Source of the DNA: Ruditapes philippinarum
Taxonomy: Eukaryota
Assembly: GCF_026571515.1 (NCBI RefSeq)
Contig: NW_026852439.1
Location: 62,001 to 126,000, forward strand
Length of the DNA: 64,000 nucleotides
Reading direction: 5' to 3'
The notes beneath the pieces are model-generated. The model was given only the letters and a program-made list of their open reading frames with translations, ran no database searches and was not told where the DNA came from. Positions 39,700-53,613 of this stretch are shown here, piece after piece. Position numbers and translations under genes: made by a program. Every line of letters starts with the position of its first letter. The first letter of the stretch is position 1.

Positions 39700-42600
39700 A
39701 TTTATTAAGATATATTCCAATATTTGCCTTAAAATCAATCTTTATGATTAAAAGTTCTAAATAGCGCCAACACGCTCTGGTTTGTGATAAATTTAAGGGT
39801 TATGAATACAGACATAGAGACGCCTTGTGTTTTTGTCTGGAATAGTATGTATAGAGTTATATGTAATTATATTTATACAGAATCTATTTTAGTTTAATTG
39901 AGTAGGGAGCTATTGGCTTATAGGCACACCCTCGAATCAGTTTAAGGAATACACCTAGTCTGAACAATAAGTTTAAAATGTTAGCTCAATGAAACAACTG
40001 CTTATCATTAACCAGCTTTGAAACAACTTGGCTGCTATCCTTAGATCTCTACAGGCGTTAACATTTCGGTCATAATATTATACATGTATATTGAATATCA
40101 TCTCAGAACTTCCGTACCAAAATTTGTTTTGTAACAATTTGAGTATCAAAATTACGTATATCAGTGCATTCTTGTCCACCGCCTTTTCGAAGAATAAAGG
40201 GGGATATAGAAATAGGCCGTCCGTCCGTCCGTCCGTTTGTCCATCCGTCTGTCCGTCACACTTTCGTGTCTGGTCCATAACTTTGTTATTTATCAAAGGC
40301 ATTTGACATAACTTGGCACAAGTGTTTGTTATAATAAGACGATGTGTCATGCGCAACAACCAGACCCCTACCTCCAGGGTCAATGTCTCACTTGCTCATT
40401 CAAGGTCAACATTATCTTTTTGAGGGTATATGTCGTGTCCGGCCGATAACTTTCTTATCTTTGAAGGGATTTTGTCAATATTTGCCACAATTGTTCATAA
40501 TAATGAGACTATGTGTGACAACTAGTCACCTACCTCCAAGGTCAAGGTTACACTTGGAGGTAAAAGATTGACATAGTCTGTTATAGAGTATATTTTGTGT
40601 CCGGTCCATAACTTTTTCATAGATCAAAGGATTTTGTAAATACTTGCCACAAGTAGTCATTATAATAAGACGATGTGTCATGCGCAACACCTGCATCCCT
40701 ATCTCCAAGTTCAAGGTCACACTTAGAGGTCAAAGCTTAACATGATAGCATGGTTCATTTTATTTCTTTAATAAATTTATTGTTGCATTTGCAGATCTAG
40801 CATTGATCATAATTTTGAACTGAAAGTCCTGAGATCCATACCTCAATCTTTTGATATATAGCACAATTTTTTGTTTCATGTAAAAAATCCTCGGGGCGGG
40901 GGACGTTAGTAACTCTGTTACTTTAAGCCTCTAAGCTTAAGAATGATTAATGATAATTAACAAAAATAAAAAAAAGAAGAAGAAGAAGAAAAACCCAAAA
41001 ACATCGATTTCCCAAGCATAAATGTGCAGAAAAAGAATTATATTTATTTAGTTTGCCGGATGGAAACTTTGCAAACGTTTCAAGTTTCAAGATTTATTTC
41101 TTTATTTTTCTTTCAAGCATTTAAATTTGGGTACTATGCTTAAGCTTCCGCGTACGGGTGCTGATAATTTAATCTTTAAGTTAACAATTCCATCGTATAG
41201 AAACATATTTAATGAAACAGCCGAGGTATTTTGAAATGATAAACATTTTCTTTAAAGTGACATCATGCTCATATTTTCATTGGCAAGGTGAGCTGACTAT
41301 ATACTTCAAGTTATTGACTGTTGAAATGGTGATTGACCAACAGTAAAATATATTGGAAAATGTTTAGGATAAAATTTTAATCTGCCTAAAATAGAAAAAA
41401 GACTGCCACTTTTTTATGAACTAAACGTTACAGGTAAATTCTAATGTATATTAACGAACAAATCTTGTTTATTGTTAATGTAAAATATTTTTATATTATT
41501 ATATATAATGAAAGGAATTATAGCAAAATGAAAACAGGCAGTTTCCTATAATATCATCATTTTCAATAAAGTTCAAACGCAAATATAATGTACTGATTGA
41601 TTAGTTTTAAACATTATAACATAAAATTCTTTCGTTTGTGGGGCATTTTGTTTGTAATTTTCATATTCGACGTAATGAATTTATTTGCATAATTCGTTGG
41701 CCCCCTGGGACTTACAATTTTGACTTGAAAACAATATTTTCTTTTCATCAATCAAAACTACGCACACTGTAAATATTTTTATTGTAGGAAGCTAAAACTT
41801 GTTTGATCGTTTGAATTATTGAGAGCAATTGATCACAATTCATGACTCATTCAGTAAAATAACTTCAGAAGAATAATTGTGTTCAATATTACATGATGAT
41901 TTTGTAATTATTTCTCCTTTATTTTTGTACATTTATTTATGGTTTTATAGGGAATATACAAGTACAGTTGTATTTTTTCTGTGTTTCAAAAGTGACAATA
42001 GAAACGAGTGTATATTGATAAACTTTATGCAACAAGGTGAAAATAAATCCCATTTATAGATAAAAACTTTTCTGTTTATTATATACTTTTTTGACATTTG
42101 AAAGACTTCTCTTTAAATTTGTGTTAAATTCTTACAATGGAAATGCAGAAAATGAAAAAATGTATCAACATTTCATTTATAAGTATATAAGCAATGAGGT
42201 TATTCACAATACCTAGATTTAATTAATAATTGCACTTCCTATTATTAACGGAATACTAGTATATGAACAAAAATATGTTCAAAACTTTATTAAAAGATTT
42301 ATTTCAACTCTACAACCAGGTATTGTTTGTGTAATAAGACTCATTGAATTGATTATTGTTAGTAAGTCGTATAGAAATGTTAGCATAGCTAGCACAACGA
42401 ATATAACATGGACATAATAATAGTTGTAGGGTTATTAATCTAGAAGAATGGAACATATTAAGATGTATGTGTTTTGTAAATGAACCTGTCGTGTTTCGCT
42501 AGTGAACTTAATTTCTAACACCAATATTTACCCAGTCTGTAGGCAATTATTTTTAATGAATATTTGATTGATATGCAAAATTATGAAAATCATAAATTGA

Positions 42601-43050
42601 ACACATCAATTGAACACATCAATAATCATATAATACAAATGTATATTAGACACTAATTGAACATAAAAAACTTAGGGTACCTCATAAGTTTTGACATTTT
42701 TCTCGTTATTTCTGACAAAATTTAAAATTCAGATTTTGTGTAAAATAAACTCAGTAAGTTGTTACGTAAAATAAACAGTTCACTAGAAAATGTAATGAGA
42801 TCAGAATACAGTGTAAAATGTTTTGTGGGAGGAAGTTTTGTTTAACAAAATTTAAATATCTGAGCAATTTAACTATGTTTTATTTTAGAACTATCCTATA
42901 CATCTTCTTTTATAGTGGCAAGAACTATCCTTTACATTTTAGTTTAGAGCTATCTTAGAATGGCAAAGACATTTTATTCTAGAATGGCCAATAAGATTTC
43001 AAGATTTGATTTTTCATTTAACAAAACTTTTCTTGTATTCAGTTCTTCCT
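39700..43050 (+). pseudogene. TLR pseudogene B2 (paralog of A2) with HINE insertion
   Basis: LRNTPSLNNKFKML; IKITYISA (~40145-40168); HIKMYVF (~42454); TIR box3 LEWP (42979-42990). Confidence 0.7.
40169..40924 (+). mobile_element. Non-autonomous Helentron-type element (HINE/pearl-like) with microsatellite and internal satellite array
   Basis: 5' subTIR gtccaccgcc plus an adjacent IR; (TCCG)n at ~40218-40257; three ~165-bp repeats starting at 40266, 40435 and 40597; 3' ggcgggggac and palindrome agtaactctgttact; TT flanks; absent from copy A. Confidence 0.85.
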
Positions 43051-43449
43051 TGTTATTTTTACAGGAAGTCAAATAGATTTTACCCCGGCCTTCGGAAAAA
43101 AACTTACACGTGTGTTTATCAGTTGATTTCATAGTTAAAACGTAATAATTAAATCTTAATGTTCTTTATCGTTCAGTTTCATTCATATTGTCAGTTTTAT
43201 TAAGGGAGTAAAGAAGTTCGATTTCCTTAGTAGATTGAACTGACATAAACAATTAAGTTATCACATGAATCAATCAAAACATAAGAGTAACGGCAACGCG
43301 GGTGTATTTTATATATTCTCATGAAATGACGATTTATTTTGAATGAAAATAATTGAATAAGATACAAGGAATACTAAAAAAAAAAAGTTACATAAGATCG
43401 GATCCGACAATGAGGTAGCTAGAAAAAATGTTATGATTTTTTTATATTG

Positions 43450-43622
43450 TGTATGGGTTGGATTCCTACCAGGTACCTTGAAAGTTTTTGTGAAAGGAAG
43501 CTGTACAGCTAGGTTATGAAAAATCGGTGGTATTACACGGACATCCTCTCCTGCCTAAAATAGAAAGGTTTTAGATGCCATATGACTATAACAATATCAA
43601 TGTGATGAAAAACCCAAGCAAA
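43450..43622 (+). mobile_element. Meta-type SINE fragment
   Basis: gggttggattcc...aggaagctgtacagctagg...tcggtggt...gccatatgactataac...aaaacccaa. Confidence 0.7.
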
Positions 43623-43679
43623 ATTCTCACCTACACCATGCTTCATCCAGAGAAACAGCAACATAACACTATTATAATA

Positions 43680-45620
43680 ATTGATAACAAATTGTGCTAA
43701 AAGGAAATATTACTGTAACCAAAACATGTAAATGAAATTGGTTTTAAAATATACATTTTGAACAGCATTTTCATAATATTACACAAGAAAGTGTTTGAAT
43801 TTTCGATATAGAAATTACTTATTTTTATCGTTGCACGTGGTTATTAATAAAAGTTAAAAAAAGAACTTGAACAAAGTATAGAATACGAGATATTCACTTG
43901 TATCAAACTAGCAATGTTTTTAATTAAATTTATGATCTGTCTCACATCTTCTCAGACAGGCGTAATTTGCTGCTTTGTTTAAATCCTAAATATATTTCTT
44001 AATCAAGCAAATGCTGCATCCGATATAGTCAAAAAGTCGCAATAAACACTCTAGGTAATAAGTTTATTTATGGCACTTTAACATTCCCCCATATCCGACG
44101 CCATTTTTGTAATATAATGTCTGCAGAGGACGGCCACAATAGGAAAGGTTATGAAGAACATATGATGTCTTCGGAAAATGAGACAAATAAAGTATTCCGC
44201 TCATTTGAACGCACTATGTGACCACACCATGTGAACGCACTACGTGAATCACATTCAATTTTAGCAAATTCAAAGAAACGTTTAGATTCACTGTACGGAT
44301 CGAAGGCATGTCACGGAAAATTTAATTGTTAGAAATGTAATATTCCTCGAAATTCAAAATGAAATGTTTCTTTCATTTCACGCAAGCATTAAGGGCATTT
44401 TTAAAAAGATGACATAAAATATTTACATTCTTTCACTTAAGAATCATGAAACATTATGTAATGTATATTGGTTTAGGAAAATACTAAAATATTTCTTTTA
44501 ATTGAATATTTTTTATTAAATTACTTTTTCTTTCTAAATTCTAAAAATTATTGTATCATTTACTGCATTATTTTAAAAGAATTGTAGGTACATTTTAGTG
44601 AAAGTAAAATAAAAAGGTTAAAGAAATAGAATAGAAATATTTTATTATACGAAACATAAATATGTATGGCAAAACAAGTCTAAATTTATAACCTAATTTC
44701 AGTGTTACATCTTATTTGTAGGATTTGTTTTCATGTGTATGCACTTTATTATCTATCAGATTTTGCTACTAACTATAATTGCTGGTGCATTTAAACATCA
44801 CAATTGGTTTCCATAGAGATGATATTTTGACAGCAACGGAAGTTATTCCATTTATAATCGAAATACCTTTTGTTTATTATAATATTGTGATTTCCATGAA
44901 AAGAAATTTAATCTAAAACACCCAAGATAATGTGAATAAAAGCGTTGACTTCAAACCACTTGGCCCTCAGCCCTGTGGGTTCGAATCCCGACAGAGGTTT
45001 TGAATTTTCTTTATGTGAGGAAGCTATCTAGCTAGATTGCAGAATGTCGGTAGTTCTATTGAGGTGTCGGTTCGAGCCTGAAATAATGCACGGAATGACA
45101 CATGAAGTTTTCTACTACCATTTAAGCTGGAAAGACTTCATATGCCCTATACTTTGTTTCGGCGATGTAAAACCCAACATAAAAAAAACCAAAAAGAAAA
45201 AAATAACGATAACGAAAGTATTCCAATGATCATTACTGCAGGTAACTAAAAGAAGTAAAACCCACAATCCTATATGACTATGTACTTTTTTAGAAAATAA
45301 TCATTTTCTTTGGTCATGTTTAGCATGTTAATCAAAATTTGTTTAGCATATAAGATATATATATATATTAAACATGGATTTATATTCAGAAAACATACAT
45401 GATTTAACACTGTTTTCTTATATACAAACACTTATTTGTTGCAGAACATAAGTTAAAATAATGATATCATCTTATCTTTATTATGAACACAACTCAAATT
45501 TTCCAATATATGTTGCCACACAACTTATGCATAATCCATTGAAACTTGAATTTCAATAAAACATCATAATGACATTTTTTATAATAAGATTAAACTAAAT
45601 GTTTAAAAGTTTTCTTCTGA
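43680..45620 (+). pseudogene. TLR pseudogene T13
   Basis: AALFKS; LEIQN...GIFKKMT*NIYILSLKN (44347-44445); TM end LTIIAGAFKHHNW (~44768-44808). 43935-44870 is homologous to 45935-46850. Confidence 0.65.
44935..45185 (+). mobile_element. Meta-type tRNA-derived SINE (best-preserved copy)
   Basis: ttgacttcaaaccacttggccctc...gggttcgaatccc (B box)...atgtgaggaagctatctagctag...gcctgaaataatgcacgga...aagctggaaag...gtaaaacccaaca followed by an A-rich tail. Confidence 0.9.
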
Positions 45621-45649
45621 AATCATATTCATGAAATCATGAGATGATT

Positions 45650-47330
45650 AAATTTTATTGCAATTTTCTCACAAGTGGTTTGCAATAAAACAAGTTTTTC
45701 AATAACATATGACATTGTGTTTTGTAGATTTGAAAAAAATGTTAAATCAAAAATGTTTTCTGAATTTTCTTTAACAGTCAGTTATTATCCTTCTTGACAT
45801 GATGTATTTTATTTCTAAATCAGACTTATAAATTTGCAAAACTTTCGTTATTATTAATTAAACGCATTCTCCCATTAAAATCTACTGCCCCCAATAACCG
45901 GCTATATTATTGGTTATTAAATTCATAATCAGAGAGGCGTTCTTAGCTGCTTTGTTTATATCCTTAACATATTCTTAATTAAGTAAAATGCTGCATTCGA
46001 TATAGTCAAAAGTCGCAAGAAACTCTCTAGGTAATTTGTTTATTTAAGACCTCACATGAGACGCCGTATTCTAAATACAATGTTTGGAGAGGATGCCAAA
46101 AAAAGATTGTACAGAACATGTCGAGATGTCCTTAAACACTGACATAAGAATTCCGAGCACTTGAAAGCACTTTATGAACCATATTTAAATTTGACTTTTT
46201 TTTTTTCAAAAAAAATTTTAGTAATCACCCAGATTGACTTTACGTAAGGTCATACATCTGAAAATTTTAAATGTATAAATTCGAAATAAAATAATCATCA
46301 AAATTCATAAGCAAATTTCATATTATTGACTGAATCAGTCTTTCACTTAAGATTGAAACATTATGTGATTGATTTTGTATTAGGAAAGTAATGAAATGTT
46401 TTTGATATACAAAATGTAATGTAATAATAACACCAAACGTGTTTGTATTTCTAAATCTTAAAAATGATAATATCCTTTAATGCAATATCTAACACATGTG
46501 TACATGTCTTCATTGTACATTCTTGCTCATAAAAATACATTTTAAATAAAAAATATCAAGGTTAAAAAACAAAATGAAAATTTCATTATATGAAAACATA
46601 AAGACAAAGGGCGAAACTAGTCCACAAATGCAACCTATTTTAAGTGCTTGCTCATTATTTCCAGAAATTATCTTCATTTGTCTGCACCTTATTTATGGCC
46701 ACAATGCTTTTCGTTTTGTTCTTTTCAATTACGATAATTGCCGGTGCATTTAAACATCAGACCAAAACGGATAATGGAATTTATTAAGGATATGTCCTTT
46801 TGACAGCAATGAGATTTATTTTTTACCATCAAATTAACTTTTGTCTAGAAGAATGCTACTTTTCATTATATTAGTAATTTATTCCTTAAATATCTTCATC
46901 ACTAACCTCTAAAATTATTGTGTTAAATCGACAATTGAAGTTTTGGCGTCCAATTATAATTTCATATAATTATATTGTAACTAGTGCTATAAAGATAATA
47001 GCCCATCAGTTACATTATGTATACATACTTTAGAAGACATACATGTAAAGGTTTGTCGGATGTTTTGCATTGTTTACAATGTTCAACATGTTTACATTAT
47101 TTTATGTCTGATAAAATGGTTAAATTATCTGATTTGAAAAATATTTGCTCCACAAAATTAAACACATAAGATCATTAGTTTTAAAATATAAACCAATCTA
47201 ATGGTTAAGTTTTAAACAAGTTGTAAGACATTTAGTGAACAAATAACCAATATGAATAGGAATGAAGACTTGCTTGTACTAAACGTGCACTTCAGATATT
47301 AAAAACATCAAAAGTATAAATCAAGTATGA
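45650..47330 (+). pseudogene. TLR pseudogene T14 (tandem paralog of T13)
   Basis: Homology to T13 at an offset of ~2 kb; LAALFISL; TIR box2-like TLCIH..ED (47012-47040). Confidence 0.65.
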
Positions 47331-47449
47331 TAATAAGATATTCTGTATTTATCAGGAGATTAATCACAAAATTATCTAGAGACTTTAAACAACTGAATAA
47401 CTTTGTCTCAGACAAAATTACTTGAACAGTGCTATCAGCAAGCATAATA

Positions 47450-49850
47450 AAACAAATATCAAGATAAATAAAGTAGACATTCACAATGCATAATTGTCAC
47501 CTAGCATTTACCGATGAAATATAACACAAACGTAGGTTTTTTTTACGTCTGAAACACACTTAAGGCCTTTGCAGCTATTTTTTGCCCATTATTCAATTAT
47601 TCAAACATTGTTGTTAAAAAAATCTCTTGAGCGTCATGACTAGATTTTGTTTTAAATATGTCGGTGATTTGTATTGAAGTTTATCTGACGTTTGCGTCAT
47701 TTCATTAACAGGCACTTTCAGGTACACGTAAAGGTTTTTAAATCATCATATTAATATGATTTAATTTTTCAAAAACCTTTACTTTTTATTTATGTACAAT
47801 TTCCAATGGAAGGATGGGGTAAAGGGACAGGGCAACTTTTATAAAATGGTCAATCGGTCTGTTTGTACAAATGTGCGTATTATTATGCTTGCAAAAGGGT
47901 ATAAGCTATGGTTTATGTTAACTGGTAGGAATGTTGCGTAAAAATCTTTTCCGGTTTTATACCATGCGAGTGGCTTTGTCCAACTAAATCAGGACATTTT
48001 TCATTGCAATTGGAGAACCCCTATTGATACTGAGGTCGTTAGTTTGAAGGTAAATACATGATGAGATTTTGTGTCATTGCTCCACCAATGATTAAGAAAA
48101 TAATAAACTTAATAAATCTTAGTAGTTTTGTCATAGCTTATAGCCAGTTGGTTTTGAGATTAATTCGTCGATGTGAAACGTGAACGTGACATCCTTAACC
48201 AATCAATAACTAGAGTTTCTGTCGTCAAAAATTTGTGAAAATTATAAGTTATGTATTTTCTACATGCAACATATTGATATAATGTAATTATGATACAATA
48301 GAATCATTTTGCATGCACGTGTGCATATGCAACTGTGCCAGGCAAATGGAGTCAGGGCAAAAGTGCCCATAAAAAGTGTCCTTGGGATAGAAGTATTTGT
48401 TTTAATTTCCTTTTTTCCTTATGCAAGTCTTATCCTATATTGAAAAATAAATACCAAAGTCTTCATCGATATTTGCACGTTGCTAGAGTAAACATTAGTT
48501 TATCTGTGTCTGTCTACATCAAAACGACACGATGGGCATTTTGTAATAAACCAATGTTTAATGTAAATCATTATTCATGTTATAGGCAAATGATATTGAC
48601 CACAATAACATATTAACGTCTCCAAAACAGGGCTAAGTCAAAATATTAGTTTAGAGAAACAAGTTTGTATGAGAGTAAACTAATATTGAGGATTGAACCA
48701 TGTCTCCTTACGTCAATATTTCCAATACAACAAACAGCAGAGCAGGCCACAATTACCTACCGGTGATTAAGAGAACACTAAATATATCTTATATTGTTCA
48801 AGGTATAACATTATTGACAAGTTGTAATTAAGGTTTATTATTCATTATTACATTATTCAATGAAGAGAATTTAAGCCACCAAAGAAAAGAAAACATCACA
48901 CAATCAGCGATAAAATTTCTATAGTCTTAAAGGATAGTTATGTCATACAGTCATTAAATGGCCATGAATATCTAAAAAATATGATAAATTTTCAAGATGT
49001 ACATTTTTATAAATACAAAACGTTTTGTTTGATAATTGATTGGTCGACACATGACACACGATGTACACTTACTTGAAAAAACTGAGTAGTGAGACAGAGA
49101 TTAGAAACATGTTTCATAATATCAAAGCCTGGTTTGATAATACATTTGAAGAACTATCGATTAAGCTGTTTCATAAACTTACGCTATAAGCGTTTTTTTA
49201 TTTCTTAAAATTATCGCCGCAATTTCTTTAACATTGGGAATTATGATATGATTATAGTTTTACTTGAATACTTTGTTAATATATGTTGAATTGACATATT
49301 ATTTGCAAATTCGATATCTTTTAGTTGAGTTTACATTACCAAGTATATTTATTTATATCCTGTATTTATTATAGTTTCAGAAGAATGGATCTTAATGATA
49401 CTTAATATTTTTACTACAAATTTGATTCAGAAATACATATATTTTCGTAAAATACACACACGCAATCTATCCATTAGAAAACGTATTTCGGCACAGTCGT
49501 AAAAAGTAGAATATTAGATAACGCCACAAAAGAGAAAGAATCTATAATAAGCAATGTTTATGTTCAAACCAAAGTCTGTAAACGTTTAATAAACTGTTTA
49601 AATTTGTCTAGAGAAAACTGATGAAAATGATGTGACTCGGTCGAAGTAATGTCAGTGGTTATATAATCATAGTAATGGTCGTAAAAGATTTAACCAATGA
49701 AATTCTAAACTCTTGAATTTATATTCACCTGCAGACACTTCACCAGTAACTTAAATGTATTTACTGACAATTTCTGTATTTTGAACATGTAACTCCTCTG
49801 AAAAATAAAGCCTTGACATGTTTTGGACTATCGTTACCGACTTGCACTAG
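47450..49850 (+). pseudogene. TLR pseudogene T15 (different subfamily)
   Basis: VQLNQDIF; NL..AY/VGF..NVTSL (48115-48200); TM followed by YSFR/WIL (49370-49396). Confidence 0.5.
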
Positions 49851-49949
49851 TAATAATATCTAATTACCTATCGCACAGTCGCATAAAATATATCATAAGT
49901 TCAGTAAGACATAAAGCGTGATAAATTCATCTTTACTTTTTAACATTGG

Positions 49950-52200
49950 AACATTGCATGAATATTTGTTTTACCTGTCAATATTTTTAGGCATCATATT
50001 TCTGGTTTAAATATCTCTTTAAAAGATTTTAAGCCAGATTTTGTTTGCAGAATTCTGGCTGAAAATCTATTTGTCAAATTATGAAATAAAAGAAATTACC
50101 AAAAACGTTATAAAACCACTTGTTAAATACAATAAATTACACTCTCGACTCAATCCAGTAAGTTGTGTTTCCCTACCGTAATTTAAATTGTTGCCTCCTT
50201 GTCTGTTCATGTTTGATAAAGTTAACTCTAGCATATGTCGTAGAACAGAACAAGCAAGTCTGTGATAAATTTACCGGTTAAGACGAATTTTAAAACCATG
50301 AAATATTTCATGTTTTCAGAAACGAAAACGCAAGCTGAATCCCCATAGAACGCCAAATGGCAACATTTAAATTTGATTGAGTCTGTTCTTGAAAACTTTA
50401 TTTGCATATTTTTTCTTGTTAAAGCAGTGCTGAATAAAGTAAACAATAGGTGATTGAAAACAATAAAACACTCACGAATCGAATTCTAATAGGGAATTAA
50501 TTAGCAACACACACTGGTTACAACAACATAAAATCTAACAATGCATGAGTTTAAATGAGTCTTTTATTGTATGATTGTCATTAAATTGTGAAACGAAATA
50601 AAATAACTACAACATTTTATTACTGGTGCACCTGATTGTAAGCTAATTAAAAGCATACACTCTGAATGTTACAATGTATGATATGACAGACATGCCGCTG
50701 ATTGAAAAATCAATATCAGTCTTCTACATTTAACAAAAAGCCCTAAATTAACACTATATCCCTTGTTTTGCTAATTCTTATATCGTTTACATGTATTTTG
50801 AGGACATATCCATTTCGGATGAAAGCTATAAACTCTTGAAAATTTAAATATATAATGATACGATTTCATGCATTTTTTAAAATATCTATTCAAACCTTTG
50901 TTTGTTCGTTTGCCGACTTCATCATCGCCAGATTATAAATATGTTACCTTTTCGAAACATAGGTCTAGGCTGTCTAGATACATAGGCTGTAGACTATTTA
51001 TGTCTGAGTAATAATGCAAGATTTGTGATGTTTTGCACCACGAGTAAACATAACATAACTGTAAGTGTCAAAAATATGATTTAACATGACTGTATGATTA
51101 CTTTCTTAATAAAATTCTTTTATCAAGAACTTCGAAAACATGTAGTCACGATTGATATATTACAATGTGTATTTTCAAATTTTAAAATAATTCCTGTCAA
51201 ACAAGAAAAAAAAACAAAGTAGAAGTAGGAAAATTCTTGAATTGACTCTTTCTTTACTGCTTTTATATGCTTAACAAGAAATTTACCATAAGAACTAATG
51301 CCCATATCGTGTATTAATTTATTGTGCAGCATTGAGACACTTCCAATCTGGAATCTTAATCAGAGTTTGATGCACAGGTCCAGACATCTTAATTATTGTT
51401 GCATAAACAATTACGAGATAATGTCTGATTTTGGGAGACATAAAATTGTTTTAAGAACTGCCACAGTTTAAACAAATGGAGACACAAATAATACATTCAT
51501 AACACCTCGCTTATAAGTCTCAGGATTTACAAAGATTTAATGTTGTTCTACTACTTGACTTTTGATGATAGAAAAACAAGCAGCCGTAATATTTGCAAAT
51601 ATACTGTGTATAAAACATTTATAAATGCAGAAAGTAAATATCGTTTACCTTTTATACGTTTATTAAAAAAACGCATTACAAGGGAAAGATATTTTCTGCT
51701 TTTCCCAGCAACCTGTTTTATATTCATTTATACTAGAATGAATCAATATATTTAGCACCCAACAAGTTTCATTTCTTACATGTCTTTTTTATGTTCTAAA
51801 ATTTTATCCGCTTTCTGATGCATTGCATTTTACATTTTATCTTAAAAAAAACACACAAAAAAACAACGTTTTACACTGCATACAAATAGTCCTTAAATTC
51901 TAACTGCAAAACTCGATAATTATAGTGACACTATTATTATCGAGGACTTTCCCCTCGGATATTAATGTAATAAATATAACAAAAAAGAGCACCCCAACGT
52001 TCATTGTGATTTAACAGGAACAAATTAACCTTACATAATGAATATCTGTATTTTGAGTCTCCATGCCTCCTAGGATATTGCCAATTATACTTAATATAAA
52101 CTCGGTGATGCTACAACGGTTATATTAAAACATGCATTTGTCATGTCTGTGGTAAAGTGATCCATAATACCATTAATAATTACATGTATTAGCTGATGTT
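49950..52200 (-). pseudogene. TLR pseudogene T16
   Basis: TLSRNCL and LRCLDLCIKL (~51424-51363); ORF 50228..50446 contains TIR-like FYGDSACVFV...LTGKFITD. Confidence 0.55.
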
Positions 52201-53613
52201 CTCTTACAGCAGTGGACTATATAAATTTACTACTTTATATTTCACAAATGAACATGAAGAGCAAGCTCGCTCCCATCGTGTGGTTTATTGTCATATTTAG
52301 TTTAATACAGATTTTATTTCAGCAGCTATCACATGTTCGATAAGTATTGTTCCTGACATTAAACCACGTAAGAACTATATATGGATTTTGTTGGTAAATG
52401 TGAGATACATGGTATCTCTTATAAGAATATGTTAATGATTCCTTTCTATGTTTATCAGCGTTAAACTTTGAAATTTTAAAGGAATTTGTGCCTATATATA
52501 ATGTAACTTGATTGCAGTAACTAGTGTATTCTTCTTGAACTATAAAACTGATACATAATTGACAGTCAACATTCACTTCTATCCAACTTATTTGTTAGCG
52601 GTTTTCATTTACATCAGAACTGAAAGCATTATATCAAATTTATATCCAGAAGCTGTATCTTGTGTTTACTTTTATCTGATACATGAACTATATGTGTGTA
52701 TTTTACAGTTTACTAAGTACATACATTGTATGTAGTATACAGTCTATAAAATGTGCATTATTTTTCAGGTTATTAATACAATTGGTTGATATTGAAAAGT
52801 ATTATATGTGTAATGATATCACCATAGAACCATGAAAACTATCGGTATAAAAAAATTTGACAGCAAACTGATTCATTATAAAATAGTATGATTATAGGAA
52901 AGTTTATTTATTAACGTATATATGTTTTTGGAAATGTCTGCCTCTTGATACGAAATATATAATTATATTCTTTCTCAAAGACATCTTCTAGAGCATGAAC
53001 ATACAGGAAATCAGTGAACACGTATTTAAGATCACATCTTAAAACCTTATCGCTTTTAAGAAATGTTTTCTGACAAGTTGCTGTTCTCTTAAATTGGAGA
53101 CAGAAACTAGAAAAAAAACAACAAGAAACAGAACTATTAATTTATTTCCGTATTTAATTTTTGCCCTTCAAGTGAACATTATTAAAACATTACATTATTT
53201 TGTCTGTTTGATGAAAATGTTGAGAAGTGTGTTTTTCTCAAAGAAAATGAAATAAATGAAATGGACGAGTTTTAGAATTGTTATGTGCTAAAGGTTTTTA
53301 ACACACCATTCTAATATTTTCTGCCAAACCCGCATCTCCAGTTGTTTTTATAAAACAACTTGCACATCAATAATGCTGTAAATCATTGCCTTGCCATATT
53401 TAAGTACATTATCTAGATATCTAAGTCATGTGTCGAATATTTCTCGTTATCGATGATTAACGAATTTATTCCAGAAGCTTTTGCAGAAAATGCATTACAT
53501 TGGATAAATTCTGCATTAAATCTTCAGATAATGATTTCATCTGACAGAAGTGCTTCAGAAATGTAATATCCAACAAGCCAAAAAGAGCTGCTATCTCATG
53601 CAATGTTTTAGAA

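Larger units (their letters stand above)
32770..43085 (+). repeat. Segmental duplication copy B
   Basis: 32770-38190 matches 52990-63200 after removing insertions; 37650-43085 matches 130-6775. Confidence 0.95.

Noticed and set aside
40078-40720. Cluster of ORFs with repeated motifs (MTHRLII, DGQT)
   Set aside because: These are translations of the HINE microsatellite and satellite units.
40266-40740. Regular repeats as a possible CRISPR array
   Set aside because: They are ~165-bp tandem units without unique spacers, there are no cas genes, and the context is eukaryotic.
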